Shown: one piece after another, positions 19,052-28,724 of the stretch
Numbering within the stretch: the stretch's first letter is position 1
How the letters are laid out: every line of letters begins with the position of its first letter
Source of the DNA: an uncultured bacterium
Lineage (GTDB): Bacteria > Omnitrophota > Omnitrophia > Omnitrophales > Aquincolibacteriaceae
Assembly (NCBI GenBank): GCA_964434115.1
Contig: CAYSSX010000010.1
Location: 17,795-81,794, forward strand
Direction of reading: 5' to 3'
DNA length: 64,000 nucleotides
Translations under genes and position numbers: made by a program
Notes under the pieces: generated by a model
Seen by the model: only the letters and a program-made list of their open reading frames with translations
The model's database searches: none
Told to the model about the DNA's origin: nothing

Positions 19052-20955
19052 GACTCCATGCTCTCCAGGTATTCCCAGCGTTCATACATTTTTGAAAGTT
19101 CCACGGCAAGGTCCTGCATCTTCAGCTTTGCCTGCGCGATGTCCAGCGGATCCTTCTGATAGAAAGAAGGTTCGGCCATTTTGCCCAAAAGTTTCGTCTG
19201 TTCCTCTTCGAGCTCTTCGATTTTTTTAGGCAGGGTTTCTTTCTCGCGCTTCTCCTTAAAGGAAAGCTTCTGCTTCTTGACCGCATCCGCTTCGGCCTGG
19301 CCTTTTTGCGCAGACTCTTTTTCCTCCGGAGTGCGCGGCCGCGCTTTAAGGCTCCGCTTCGCGTCCTGCTGTTTCAGGCAGTCATCATAACCGCCGGCAT
19401 ACTCCCCGATTTCACCGCCGCCCTCCAGCACAATGGTCGAGGTCACGACATTGTTCAAAAAAGCGCGGTCATGGCTAACAAGAAGCAGCGTTCCGGCGTA
19501 TTCCACGAGCAGTTCTTCAAGCAGCTCAAGGGTTTCGATATCCAGATCATTCGTCGGTTCATCCATCACCAGAAGATTCGCGGGCCGGGTAAACAGCCGC
19601 GCGAGAAACAACCGGTTGCGCTCTCCGCCCGACAAAACCTTAACCTTGGTCCGCGCGCGTTCGGGCGCAAAAAGAAAATCCTGCAAATAGGCCATGATGT
19701 GTTTTGTTTTTCCGTTGATGGTAACGCTTTCGCTTCCTTCGCTTACATTTTCGGCCACAGTTTTGTTTTCATCGAGCTGTTCCCGGAGCTGATCATAGTA
19801 GGCAATCTGAAGATTTGTTCCCAGGGAAACCGTTCCTTTTTGCGGGGCAAGCTGGCCGAGCAGAATTCTAAGCAAGGTGGTTTTCCCGCAGCCATTAGGC
19901 CCGATCACGCCGATCTTGTCTCCCCGCATAATGCGGGTTGAAAAATCACGGATCAAACACTTGTCGCCGTAAGCATGCCCAAGGTGTTCGGCCTTTGTGA
20001 CCACCTGACCGGACCGGTCGGCTTCCTGCGCTTTCATGCGCACTTTACCCATGATCTGACGCTGCGCGCTCTTTTCCTCACGCATTTTTTCCAGGGCGCG
20101 GACCCGGCCTTCATTGCGGGTGCGCCGGGCCTTAATCCCCTGGCGGATCCAGATTTCTTCCTGCGCCAGCCTTTTTTCAAATCGGGCGCGCTCCGCGGCT
20201 TCATTTTCAAGGGCCGCCTGCTTGCGCTCGAGGAAAGTCGCGTAGTCACAAGCCCAGCTCAGCATCTTTCCGCGGTCAAGTTCCATAATCGTCGTGGCCA
20301 GATGCTGCATGAACATGCGGTCGTGAGTGACAAAGAAAATGGTGCCTGCGTAATTTTTAAGAAAGCCTTCCAGCCAGTCAATGGATTCGATGTCGAGATG
20401 GTTCGTGGGTTCATCCAGCATCAGGACTTCCGGCTTCAGCACGAGCGCGCGGGCCAAAAGCGCGCGGCGTTTCTGTCCGCCCGATAAATTTTCAAAAAGG
20501 CTTTCGGGGTCGAGCTTCATTTCGTGAATGACTTCTTCGACCTGACGGTTTGTTTCCCAGCCGTTGGTCCGGTCCATTTCTTCCTGAAGGTTGCCGAGCT
20601 GGCGCATCAGCTGCTCGGAATACTCGGTCTGAAGGCGGTGGTTCACGTGATGGTAATCGCTGAGAAGTTTGACCCTGTCGCCAAGGCCCGAAAGCACGAC
20701 GTCAAACACCGGGCCCTGAATATTCACGGGCACTTCCTGCGGCAAATGGGTCACCCGGATTCCCTTTTGGTAAACAACCGCCCCCTGGTCCACCTTGACC
20801 TCACTGGCCATAACTTTCATGAGCGTGGTCTTTCCCACGCCATTACGGCCAAGAAGCGCCACGCGCTCGCCGGCTTCCAGCTGAAAACTGAGTTTGTCAA
20901 AAAGAAGCGGGCCGCCGAAGGCCAGAGACACATCCTGTAAACTGATTAAAGCCAT
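19048..20955 (-). CDS. ABC-F family ATPase (Uup/YheS-like, two ABC cassettes, no TMD)
   Basis: Two Walker A motifs (GRNGVGKTT, GPNGCGKTT), two signature LSGG(Q/E) motifs, and an inter-domain linker plus charged C-terminal coiled coil. Confidence 0.85.
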   Translation of the reverse strand: MALISLQDVSLAFGGPLLFDKLSFQLEAGERVALLGRNGVGKTTLMKVMASEVKVDQGAVVYQKGIRVTHLPQEVPVNIQGPVFDVVLSGLGDRVKLLSDYHHVNHRLQTEYSEQLMRQLGNLQEEMDRTNGWETNRQVEEVIHEMKLDPESLFENLSGGQKRRALLARALVLKPEVLMLDEPTNHLDIESIDWLEGFLKNYAGTIFFVTHDRMFMQHLATTIMELDRGKMLSWACDYATFLERKQAALENEAAERARFEKRLAQEEIWIRQGIKARRTRNEGRVRALEKMREEKSAQRQIMGKVRMKAQEADRSGQVVTKAEHLGHAYGDKCLIRDFSTRIMRGDKIGVIGPNGCGKTTLLRILLGQLAPQKGTVSLGTNLQIAYYDQLREQLDENKTVAENVSEGSESVTINGKTKHIMAYLQDFLFAPERARTKVKVLSGGERNRLFLARLFTRPANLLVMDEPTNDLDIETLELLEELLVEYAGTLLLVSHDRAFLNNVVTSTIVLEGGGEIGEYAGGYDDCLKQQDAKRSLKARPRTPEEKESAQKGQAEADAVKKQKLSFKEKREKETLPKKIEELEEEQTKLLGKMAEPSFYQKDPLDIAQAKLKMQDLAVELSKMYERWEYLESMES

Positions 20956-20980
20956 AAACTCCTAAAGACATTCTGTCTTG

Positions 20981-21019
20981 AAATAAAAAAGGCGCTGCCG
21001 CTTACCGCAGCAGCGCCTT
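20981..21019 (-). terminator. Intrinsic terminator downstream of the lipoprotein gene
   Basis: Perfect 10-bp GC-rich inverted repeat AAGGCGCTGC / GCAGCGCCTT (20989-20998 and 21010-21019). On the minus strand it is followed by a run of seven T's. Confidence 0.6.
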
Positions 21020-21041
21020 AAATTACGGGTTTTTTAAACGC

Positions 21042-21260
21042 TTACAGACCCATCTTCTTTTTCATTTCGGCGCCTTTTTTCTCTGCGCATTTGGAAGCGC
21101 GGGCGGCCGTGCGTTCAGCAATAATCTTATCCTTTTCGAGACCTGACTTGCCAATCGTCGCCAGGCTGTTACCAAGCTTATCTTCCTTACAGACATCGCC
21201 GCATCCAACCAAGCTAAAAGTAACTGCCAGCACAGACACAGCCATCAAAAGCTTTTTCAT
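21042..21260 (-). CDS. Small lipoprotein (hypothetical)
   Basis: An internal ATG at 21260 with an AAGGA RBS gives MKKLLMAVSVLAVTFSLVGC (lipobox LVGC). The track's longer start at 21347 is unlikely. Confidence 0.5.
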   Translation of the reverse strand: MKKLLMAVSVLAVTFSLVGCGDVCKEDKLGNSLATIGKSGLEKDKIIAERTAARASKCAEKKGAEMKKKMGL

Positions 21261-21371
21261 ATTTCGTTCCTTCGTTTTAAGGTTTTTAATGCTCCCCCAA
21301 AGGGGGAAAGGCCGGAAACTTTTGGACATTATAAGCGATTTTCTCAAAAAGACAGTTTTTTATTCAAGGAA

Positions 21372-22292
21372 TCAGGCATTCAAAGACGGGATTTTCCCGC
21401 CTTCTTTTATCACCACATTCATAGCGGGTGATCTGCCCAACTTATCCTGTCCCATATAAAGCGTGAGGTGCGGAAAAGGTATTTCTATATTTTTTGAATC
21501 AAAAGCCTTTTTAAGCCGCGCGTTGAATTCCCTCCCTACATTCCACTGCTTAATCGGGAGTGTTTTGATGCGTGCCTTAATCACAACAGAGGAGTCCCCA
21601 AACTTATCGAGCCCCAAAATTTCAATCGGCTCAATAATATCGGCCTTGAACGCCGGGTCACGGCGCATTTCCGCATCAACCTGACGGATCACCTCGATGA
21701 CTTCATCCGTACTTTCACGGTAGGCAACACCGATATCAAAAACGTAATAAGAAAAATCCTTGGTCATATTCGTTACGATGTCTATCTTGCTGTTGCGCAC
21801 AAAATGAACGTTCCCCGACAAGTCCCGCAGAACGATCATTCTCAAATCCACTTTTTCCACCAGCCCCCCGACGCCCGCTATATTTACAACATCCCCCACC
21901 CGAATTTGATCCTCGAGCAGGATAAAAAAACCACTGATGACATCCTCGACCAGTTTCTGCGCTCCAAAACCGACAGCAAGCCCCACAACACCGGCCGCAG
22001 CAAGAACAGGACCGATTTCAATTCCCAGAACGCCTAGAATTGTCATAATTCCGATACCTGCAATGATAACGCGGAGAGTTGCTTTGACGATGCCTGTCAA
22101 TGTATTCGCACGCTTCTCAAGCTCACCGTCATTTCTTCTGAACTTCCTAAATAATGTTTCGAGAATCTTTTCAACAACCAGATCGATGGCTCTCATGCCA
22201 ATCGTCAACAGGACAACAACGACAACGATACGAAACCCGGTGGTCACGGCCCACTGACCGACCATCTCAAGATAGTGTTCAATATTATCCAT
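21372..22292 (-). CDS. MscS-family small-conductance mechanosensitive channel
   Basis: Three N-terminal TM helices and a conserved pore/beta-domain region. Confidence 0.75.
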   Translation of the reverse strand: MDNIEHYLEMVGQWAVTTGFRIVVVVVLLTIGMRAIDLVVEKILETLFRKFRRNDGELEKRANTLTGIVKATLRVIIAGIGIMTILGVLGIEIGPVLAAAGVVGLAVGFGAQKLVEDVISGFFILLEDQIRVGDVVNIAGVGGLVEKVDLRMIVLRDLSGNVHFVRNSKIDIVTNMTKDFSYYVFDIGVAYRESTDEVIEVIRQVDAEMRRDPAFKADIIEPIEILGLDKFGDSSVVIKARIKTLPIKQWNVGREFNARLKKAFDSKNIEIPFPHLTLYMGQDKLGRSPAMNVVIKEGGKIPSLNA

Positions 22293-22421
22293 AAACCACC
22301 TTTTGTATTTTAGCCGCAGTAACTTCGCGGAAATTCTTCGGAAGAGATTGCTGCGCGGGGAATTTTTGTATTATAGACACGCCCTCCGCTCCCAGCAAGC
22401 AGCGGTTGCTTAAAAATCACC

Positions 22422-22991
22422 TTAATCAAAAACGGCGCCCTGTTTGCGGCCGTTTTTAGTCCGGACATCATAGTCAGCATTTTCCTTCTGCCATATTTTA
22501 AGAATCCGTTCAGCCTCCTGATCCGCGGCTTCCCGGACCTGCGGGCATGAGAGCCCGCGCCCCAATTTCCCAAGAGCTTCATCAATTTCACGGGCGGCTT
22601 TCCTGCCGATATCCGCATGTCCGTCTTCATGCGTCTTCAAGGCCGCATAATAATTTTCCCATTTTTCAACAAGGCCGGAGGAAACCCCGGGACCCGGAAC
22701 CCATCGGGGGAGAAAAAAACTTATTTCCAGATCCGTGACCACGGAAAAAATACGGCATCCGTCCGCGGCCGGGGCATACTGGTATTTCCAGCTCACAAGC
22801 CAGTCCGTGTGGGCGTGAAACCGTTTCCCGTTTTCGTGAACCCCCTTTTTCTTCATCTCCTTGATCAGGTCTTTTTTACTGTTCCCTTGTATGTCGTAAT
22901 ACTCGACCACGGTATTTTCTTTCGGCTGCGCCCCTGCGGCCGGAGAAAAAAACAACGCTCCCATAAAAAAAACCGCGAAAATATTTTTCAT
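22422..22991 (-). CDS. DUF922-family secreted putative Zn-metallopeptidase
   Basis: Signal peptide [21 protein letters not shown]. HExxH-like motif HEDGHADIG. Confidence 0.5.
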   Translation of the reverse strand: MKNIFAVFFMGALFFSPAAGAQPKENTVVEYYDIQGNSKKDLIKEMKKKGVHENGKRFHAHTDWLVSWKYQYAPAADGCRIFSVVTDLEISFFLPRWVPGPGVSSGLVEKWENYYAALKTHEDGHADIGRKAAREIDEALGKLGRGLSCPQVREAADQEAERILKIWQKENADYDVRTKNGRKQGAVFD

Positions 22992-23395
22992 TCGGTGTCT
23001 CCCCCAGAAGGAACTCTCCGCCGCAGCTTCTTTTTTTCTCCGGTTCTCTTTTTTTCCTTCAGCATCCGTTCACGCGCGCTTTTGGATTTCTTCCGCTTTT
23101 GCCGCCGTATCTTGGAGTCCAGCATGGCCTTTTCCTGCCGGCGCCGGAGTTCCATCGCCTGCAGTTTTTTGAGGAGAATGCTCCGGGCAGCGATTCTGTT
23201 GGCAGCCTGTGAACGCCCCTGCTGGCACTTGACGGTAAGTCCGCTCGGAAGGTGCTTTAACACCACGCACGTGGAGACCTTATTCACATTTTGTCCTCCG
23301 GGGCCCCCGGAACGGACAAAACTCTCTTCCAGCTCTTCTTCTTTTAGTAAATAGGGGGTTCCGGAAAAAACCGGTTTTTGCTTTTTATCCATCAT
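22988..23395 (-). CDS. arfB: Alternative ribosome-rescue factor ArfB (peptidyl-tRNA hydrolase, GGQ motif)
   Basis: [19 protein letters not shown] and a Lys/Arg-rich C-terminal tail. The likely start is MMDKKQKP at about 23395. The track's 23434 start would overlap slyX. Confidence 0.7.
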   Translation of the reverse strand: MMDKKQKPVFSGTPYLLKEEELEESFVRSGGPGGQNVNKVSTCVVLKHLPSGLTVKCQQGRSQAANRIAARSILLKKLQAMELRRRQEKAMLDSKIRRQKRKKSKSARERMLKEKKRTGEKKKLRRRVPSGGDTE

Positions 23396-23405
23396 CGCGT
23401 GCGAA

Positions 23406-23603
23406 TCAATAGTGCGGGGGTGGAACTTCTTCATCGGGGCGCTTGATAAACGCGCCTGTCTGCACCTGGCTGTGGAGGGACTTTACGAGCTTCTCAAGCG
23501 CATCCATTCTTTTTTGCTGCTCAATCAGGGCCTGGCTCAGCTGTTCAATCGTTTCTTCCTGAAAAGCGGATTTTTTTTCAAGCTCAATAATCCTGTTTTC
23601 CAT
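23406..23603 (-). CDS. slyX: SlyX-family coiled-coil protein
   Basis: [50 protein letters not shown] at 23603. Confidence 0.65.
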   Translation of the reverse strand: MENRIIELEKKSAFQEETIEQLSQALIEQQKRMDALEKLVKSLHSQVQTGAFIKRPDEEVPPPHY

Positions 23604-23668
23604 GGTTTTCCCACCCCTCCCGCTGGATCTCGGGAACAAGCCCTGGCATGTCCCCGGTATTTTTTCTC

Positions 23669-24409
23669 TTACGCGTTCCAGCCCCCATCAACATCAAGCC
23701 GGGCGCCCGTCACATAAGCGGAATCAGGCCCTGCCAAAAACGCCACTGCCCCGGCTATTTCTTCAGGCTGCCCATAACGGCCCAGCGCTGTTTGAGATTT
23801 CATAAAATCGGAAAACTCTCCGACTTCAGGATTCATCTCGGTATTGATGGGACCCGGCTGAATCGCATTGACCAGAATCCCCTTTTGCCCAAGGTCCTTG
23901 GCCCATGCGCGGCTAAACCCTGTCACAGCGAATTTCGATGCACAGTAAATACTCATCCCTGGACCTGTTGCGCGCTCCCCCAGTCCGCTGCTGATGTTGA
24001 TAATCCGGCTGCCTGGCTTCATCACTTTTGCCGCCGCATTTGAAAGCACAAAAACAGATTCCACATTCACCTTCATGATCCGTTCATAATCCTGATGACT
24101 CACTTCGCCGATCATTCCGGTTTCAAACACGCCTGCGTTGTTCACCAGAATATCCAGACCGCCAAAATCTTTCACAACCTGGCTGATCAACCCTTCGAGG
24201 GACTCCGGTTTTGCTGCATCAGCAAGATAAGCCCTGGCTTTAACACCGAGCCCCAAGAGCTCTTTCACAACAGCTTCCGCAGCGGCTGCTGATTTTCCAT
24301 ACGTGACTGCAACATTCGCACCTTCTCGCGCCAAACGCCGTGCAGAGGCCGCACCAATCCCGCGCGAACCGCCGGTCACGAGCGCCGTTTTTCCTTTTAG
24401 AGGCTGCAT
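23669..24409 (-). CDS. SDR-family oxidoreductase (FabG-like)
   Basis: TGGSRGIGAASARRLAREGANVAVTY and catalytic YxxxK (IYCASKFAV). Confidence 0.8.
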   Translation of the reverse strand: MQPLKGKTALVTGGSRGIGAASARRLAREGANVAVTYGKSAAAAEAVVKELLGLGVKARAYLADAAKPESLEGLISQVVKDFGGLDILVNNAGVFETGMIGEVSHQDYERIMKVNVESVFVLSNAAAKVMKPGSRIINISSGLGERATGPGMSIYCASKFAVTGFSRAWAKDLGQKGILVNAIQPGPINTEMNPEVGEFSDFMKSQTALGRYGQPEEIAGAVAFLAGPDSAYVTGARLDVDGGWNA

Positions 24410-24423
24410 CCTTTTCTCCCGCG

Positions 24424-25497
24424 TTACGCCACCGTGACTTCTTTGCAAAGGTAAACGTCCTGAATAAGATTAAGAAGTTTGACGCCGTCCTGCATGGAGC
24501 GCTGGAAGGCCTTGCGTCCGCTGATGAGCCCCATGCCGCCTGCGCGTTTGTTGATCACGGCCGTGGCCGCGGCTTCGGCAAAATCATTTTCGCCGGAAGC
24601 GCCGCCGGAATTAATCAGTCCGATGCGGCCCATGTAATTATTGATGACCTGATAACGGCAGAGATCAATCGGGTGATCGCTCGCGAGATCCGAATACATC
24701 CGCTTGTCATATTTTCCGTAACCCTTCTTCTCTTTATTAATCGCGTCATAGCCGCCGTTCAAGGTCGGAAGTTTTTGTTTGATGATGTCCGCTTCGATCG
24801 TCACGCCCAGGTGATTGGCCTGGCCCGTAAGGTCTGCGCTGGTGTGGTAATCCTTATCGCCCACTTTAAAACCGCTGTTGCGCAGGTAACACCACAGAAT
24901 CGTTGCCATGCCGAGCTCATGCGCGCGCGCGAAAGCGGCGCTGACTTCCTGAATCTGGCGCGTGCTGTGGTCAGACCCAAAATAAATCGTGGCACCCACC
25001 GCGACAGCGCCCATCTCAAAAGCCTGCTCCACCTGCCCGAACATAATCTGGTCATACTGATTGGGAAGTGTCAGCAGTTCATTGTGATTAATCTTTACGA
25101 TAAAAGGAATTTTGTGCGCGTATTTGCGGGCCACGGCACCGAGAACCCCAAACGTCGAGGCCACCGCGTTACAGCCGCCTTCGATCGCGAGCTTCACAAT
25201 ATTTTCGGGATCAAAATATTCCGGGTTCGGGGCGAACGACGCGCCCGCCGAATGTTCAATGCCCTGGTCCACGGGGAGGATCGAAACATAACCCGTTCCG
25301 CCAAGCCGGCCGTTACGGCTGATAGCCTCAAGGCTTCTCAGCACCGTGGTCGGCCGGTCCGTTGGAGAGATAAGGCGGTCCACCCAGTCCGCGCCGGGAA
25401 GATGCAGTTTATCTTTGGGGAATTTACATTTGTGTTTCAGAAGACTGTCGGAATCCTTGCCAAGATACTCGGTGATTTTATCGATATTTGCGGCCAT
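24424..25497 (-). CDS. fbaB: Class I fructose-bisphosphate aldolase (FbaB/DhnA type)
   Basis: Near-colinear with E. coli FbaB ([17 protein letters not shown]...[35 protein letters not shown]...[11 protein letters not shown]...LTGQANHL...[18 protein letters not shown]). Confidence 0.85.
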   Translation of the reverse strand: MAANIDKITEYLGKDSDSLLKHKCKFPKDKLHLPGADWVDRLISPTDRPTTVLRSLEAISRNGRLGGTGYVSILPVDQGIEHSAGASFAPNPEYFDPENIVKLAIEGGCNAVASTFGVLGAVARKYAHKIPFIVKINHNELLTLPNQYDQIMFGQVEQAFEMGAVAVGATIYFGSDHSTRQIQEVSAAFARAHELGMATILWCYLRNSGFKVGDKDYHTSADLTGQANHLGVTIEADIIKQKLPTLNGGYDAINKEKKGYGKYDKRMYSDLASDHPIDLCRYQVINNYMGRIGLINSGGASGENDFAEAAATAVINKRAGGMGLISGRKAFQRSMQDGVKLLNLIQDVYLCKEVTVA

Positions 25498-25747
25498 AAC
25501 TTCTCCTTCTGAATTTTGAGTGACTCGCGAAGAAAGAAAAAACCTGCGAACTTCACAGGGTGAATGAGTTTGAAAAGATACCGGGGATTGGCGATAGGTT
25601 AAATCGGGAAACCGGCGCGGTCAACGAGACTTTTTCCCCTCTCCATGGTTTTGAAGAACCATTGGACAAACTTCCGTGGAGAAGTAATAATTCACCTTTC
25701 AAATAATTTTATCCCCCGGTACCCCAATATTTCCCACGAGGTTTCAA

Positions 25748-26827
25748 ATGCCGTCTCTTTTTGACCCTATGACCGTAGGCGATCTCACACTTCCAAGCCG
25801 CATCATTATGGCTCCGCTCACACGCAGCCGGGGTACGGGCACGGATGGCCGCGTCCCTAACGATCTCATGGTGGAGTATTATTCCCAGCGCGCCTCTGCG
25901 GCCCTGATCTTGAGCGAAGCCACGGCCGTCACCCCGATGGGGGTCGGGTATGCGAACACTCCGGGAATCTGGTCGGAGGAACAGGTCGAGGGCTGGAAAA
26001 AAATCACCGCGGCTGTTCACGCCAAAGGCGGGCGGATGTTTCTTCAGCTCTGGCATGTGGGCCGCATTTCAGACCCCATGTTTCTGGGCGGCGAACTTCC
26101 GGTGGCCCCAAGCGCCGTAACGCCTTCAGGCTATGTCAGCCTTGTCCGCCCTCAAAAACCTTACGTCACACCGCGCGCGTTAAGAACCGATGAAATTCCG
26201 GGCGTTGTTGAGGCCTACCGGAAAGGCGCTGAGAACGCGAAGCGTGCTGGTTTTGACGGTGTCGAAATTCACGGAGCCAACGGTTATCTTCTCGACCAGT
26301 TTCTTCAGGACGGTTCTAACAAGCGGACGGATCAGTACGGCGGCTCCATTGAAAACCGGGCGCGCTTGATGCTTGAAGTCACAGATGCAGCGATTTCGGT
26401 TTGGGGCCCCGGCCGCGTGGGGATGCACCTGGCTCCCCGTGGAGATGCCCAGAGCATGTCTGACTCAAACCCCGCCGCGACATTCGGCTACGTAGCCCAG
26501 GAACTCGGAAAAAGAAAAATCGCGTTTATCTGCACGCGCGAACGCTTGGGGGACGGCCGACTTGGCCCGGCTCTGAAAAAAGCCTTTGGCGGAGTGCTTA
26601 TTGCCAATGAAGGTTTTACAAAAGAAACTGCGGAACAAGTACTTGCGGCCGGAGAAGCCGATGCTGTGGCGTTTGGCCGGCTTTTTATTGCTAATCCCGA
26701 CCTTCCTGAACGCTTGGCAAAAAACGCCCCGCTTAACACGCCGGATTCTCAGACCTTTTATGTGCCCGGCCCCAAGGGTTATACGGATTATCCCTTTCTT
26801 GCTGAAAGCGAAGCAGCTCTCTCTTAA
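25748..26827 (+). CDS. Old Yellow Enzyme family NAD(P)H:flavin oxidoreductase / alkene reductase (NemA-like)
   Basis: IIMAPLTRSRG...HGANGYLLDQFLQDGSNKRTDQYGGSIENRARL... Confidence 0.85.
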   Translation: MPSLFDPMTVGDLTLPSRIIMAPLTRSRGTGTDGRVPNDLMVEYYSQRASAALILSEATAVTPMGVGYANTPGIWSEEQVEGWKKITAAVHAKGGRMFLQLWHVGRISDPMFLGGELPVAPSAVTPSGYVSLVRPQKPYVTPRALRTDEIPGVVEAYRKGAENAKRAGFDGVEIHGANGYLLDQFLQDGSNKRTDQYGGSIENRARLMLEVTDAAISVWGPGRVGMHLAPRGDAQSMSDSNPAATFGYVAQELGKRKIAFICTRERLGDGRLGPALKKAFGGVLIANEGFTKETAEQVLAAGEADAVAFGRLFIANPDLPERLAKNAPLNTPDSQTFYVPGPKGYTDYPFLAESEAALS

Positions 26828-27444
26828 GAACCGCGGAGACACTTCTCCTCTTTGCCCTCTTTAAAAAAGCGTATGTTTCCGGGCGGAACTGAAAGCCGGT
26901 ATTGTTTGATGCCGTTGGCTTCCAGAAAATCCCGGGGATTTTTTTCAAGAAGATACCCGGCCGCCACACCCCGGAGCCGGCTGAAAATTTGATACCCATC
27001 CGAAGGAATCACGCGGGCCGCGCGCAAATCCTGAATCGAAACCCAGCCCGGTTTATTTATTTTCATTTCCCGGGCAAGATAATGAAGCAGCCGGAAAAGA
27101 GAGTCGCTCATGCGCAGAGGCTCGCCATTTAACTGGAGGTTGGGTTTCCCGGCTTCCGCCTCAGGGAAAAAATCAATTTCATCACGGCACCGGTAAAGGG
27201 CCGGGTTTCCGGCGGCATATTCCGCCTGAGGTTCCGCGGTTCCCAGAACCTGTTTTTCCTGATGCGCGTTCAAGGTGATGATCTGGGTTTTGAATCCGGC
27301 ATCCTGGCGGCTGCGCAGAATCAGTCTCAGCCCGGAAGCTCCCTGCTCAATTTCAACTTCTTCAAACTGTCCGCCCCAGCTCTTTTCAAGCGCCTGTAAA
27401 ATCCTCTCATCGACGCCCAAATGCTTCAGCAACGCCGTATCCAT
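26824..27444 (-). CDS. Hypothetical protein co-oriented downstream of lexA
   Basis: 206 aa with no recognisable motifs. It starts about 100 bp downstream of the lexA stop on the same strand. Confidence 0.4.
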   Translation of the reverse strand: MDTALLKHLGVDERILQALEKSWGGQFEEVEIEQGASGLRLILRSRQDAGFKTQIITLNAHQEKQVLGTAEPQAEYAAGNPALYRCRDEIDFFPEAEAGKPNLQLNGEPLRMSDSLFRLLHYLAREMKINKPGWVSIQDLRAARVIPSDGYQIFSRLRGVAAGYLLEKNPRDFLEANGIKQYRLSVPPGNIRFFKEGKEEKCLRGS

Positions 27445-27547
27445 ACCGCTCCCCTTTTTATTGATAGACCCGCTTCGGGGTAGCGTCTCTGATCCTCGGC
27501 AAAAAAACGGGAGAAAGAGGGGCTGTTTCCGCTGAGTCCTGCTTTTC

Positions 27548-28174
27548 TTACAAATGCATTCTTATCACACCGCAAACTTTTCCGACCAGACGGAAGGCCT
27601 GATCCGCCTTCACAACAATCGGTTTGTACACCGGATTCTCGGCCTTGAGTTCAATATGCGCGGCTCGTTTGTAATATCTTTTGACCGTGGCTTCGCCGTC
27701 GACGAGGCACACCGCAATCTGGCCGTTTTCGCAGTCTTTCTGGGGCCTCACGATCACCAAATCGCGGTCCAGAATGTGCGCATTCACCATGCTGTCCCCT
27801 TTGACGCGCAGCAAAAAACTATCCCTCACCGCACCCGACTCCCGGCTCACCACAAAATGCCCCTCGATATTTTCTTCCGCCAGGATCGGAGTTCCGGCCG
27901 CGACCTGTCCGACAATCGGCAGCTTGACCAAACCGTCGGGCTGAACGTCGAACCCATCATCATCGAGAATCTCAATATCCCGGGCTTTGGGAGAGCGGCG
28001 GATGTACCCCTTCTTTTGAAGGACATTCAAATAATCCTGCACGGTTCCTACGGCCCGGAATCCGAAATGGGTCTGAATCTCCTGCAGCGAAGGAAAATTC
28101 CGGCTTCGCGCGCGGGTTTTCAGGAGGTATTCCAGGATTTTCCTTTGATTGTCTGTTAAGGGTTTCTTTTCCAT
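27548..28174 (-). CDS. lexA: LexA repressor (S24 peptidase)
   Basis: N-terminal winged-helix LTDNQRKILEYL plus the S24 Ser/Lys dyad region VKGDSMVNAHILDRDLVIVRP...ATVKRY. The likely start is MEKKPL at 28174 with a GGGAGG RBS. The track gives an alternative start at 28192. Confidence 0.85.
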   Translation of the reverse strand: MEKKPLTDNQRKILEYLLKTRARSRNFPSLQEIQTHFGFRAVGTVQDYLNVLQKKGYIRRSPKARDIEILDDDGFDVQPDGLVKLPIVGQVAAGTPILAEENIEGHFVVSRESGAVRDSFLLRVKGDSMVNAHILDRDLVIVRPQKDCENGQIAVCLVDGEATVKRYYKRAAHIELKAENPVYKPIVVKADQAFRLVGKVCGVIRMHL

Positions 28175-28188
28175 ACGCCTCCCATATA

Positions 28189-28204
28189 CCATAAATATTT
28201 ATGG
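28189..28204. promoter_or_regulatory. Perfect 16-bp palindrome CCATAAATATTTATGG, candidate LexA operator (SOS box)
   Basis: An exact inverted repeat immediately 5' of the lexA RBS and start codon. It is AT-rich in a ~55% GC genome. Confidence 0.45.
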
Positions 28205-28724
28205 CATTCAAGCGCATAAAAAAAATCCTTGGTTCTTAGCCTAGAAAGACTGCCCAAAAGCTGTACTCCTGCCACAAGAAAACCCCCAAGAAATAGGAAC
28301 CAAAAAACCCAGCCCATGCCGAGAAGGAGTTTCAGCGCTGCCTTTTTAAAATGATGCCTGCCTTTGGTTTTCTCTTCCGGAATGCGCCTGATCTGAATCC
28401 ATTGCACTCCTTGAAGCTGGCTGTTCACAATCATTTCGCTTCTCCTGCTCAAAACACGGGGACGGCGTTTCACTTCAAGCTGTTTCATAAAGACTCTCCT
28501 TCGGTTGCTGGTTTTTGTCATACCGGAAGCCTAGCGGACAGTGTACCGGCGAGACAATCACGGAGGCCTCACGGAGGTTTGAGACGCTTAAACCCCCTTT
28601 TTGAACACTCAGGAACGATCATTTTTTAGTATTGTTTTCACTTTTTCTCATGAAATTTGTCATAGGGAAGGATGGCGGGTAATCTTACGCAGCAGGAAAA
28701 ACCCCCTGCCTACATTAATAGATA

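Noticed and set aside
25640-25665. Imperfect inverted repeat CCATGGTTTTGAAGAACCATTGG in the fbaB/OYE divergent promoter region.
   Set aside because: It is imperfect (one-base asymmetry) and short, so it could be chance. I noted it but did not call it a regulatory site.
28156-28521. 121-aa minus-strand ORF overlapping the lexA 5' end and promoter (and a plus-strand 92-aa ORF at 28351..28629).
   Set aside because: It overlaps the lexA coding start, RBS and the putative operator. It has no RBS of its own and an odd composition. It is probably spurious, although a small TM protein cannot be excluded.
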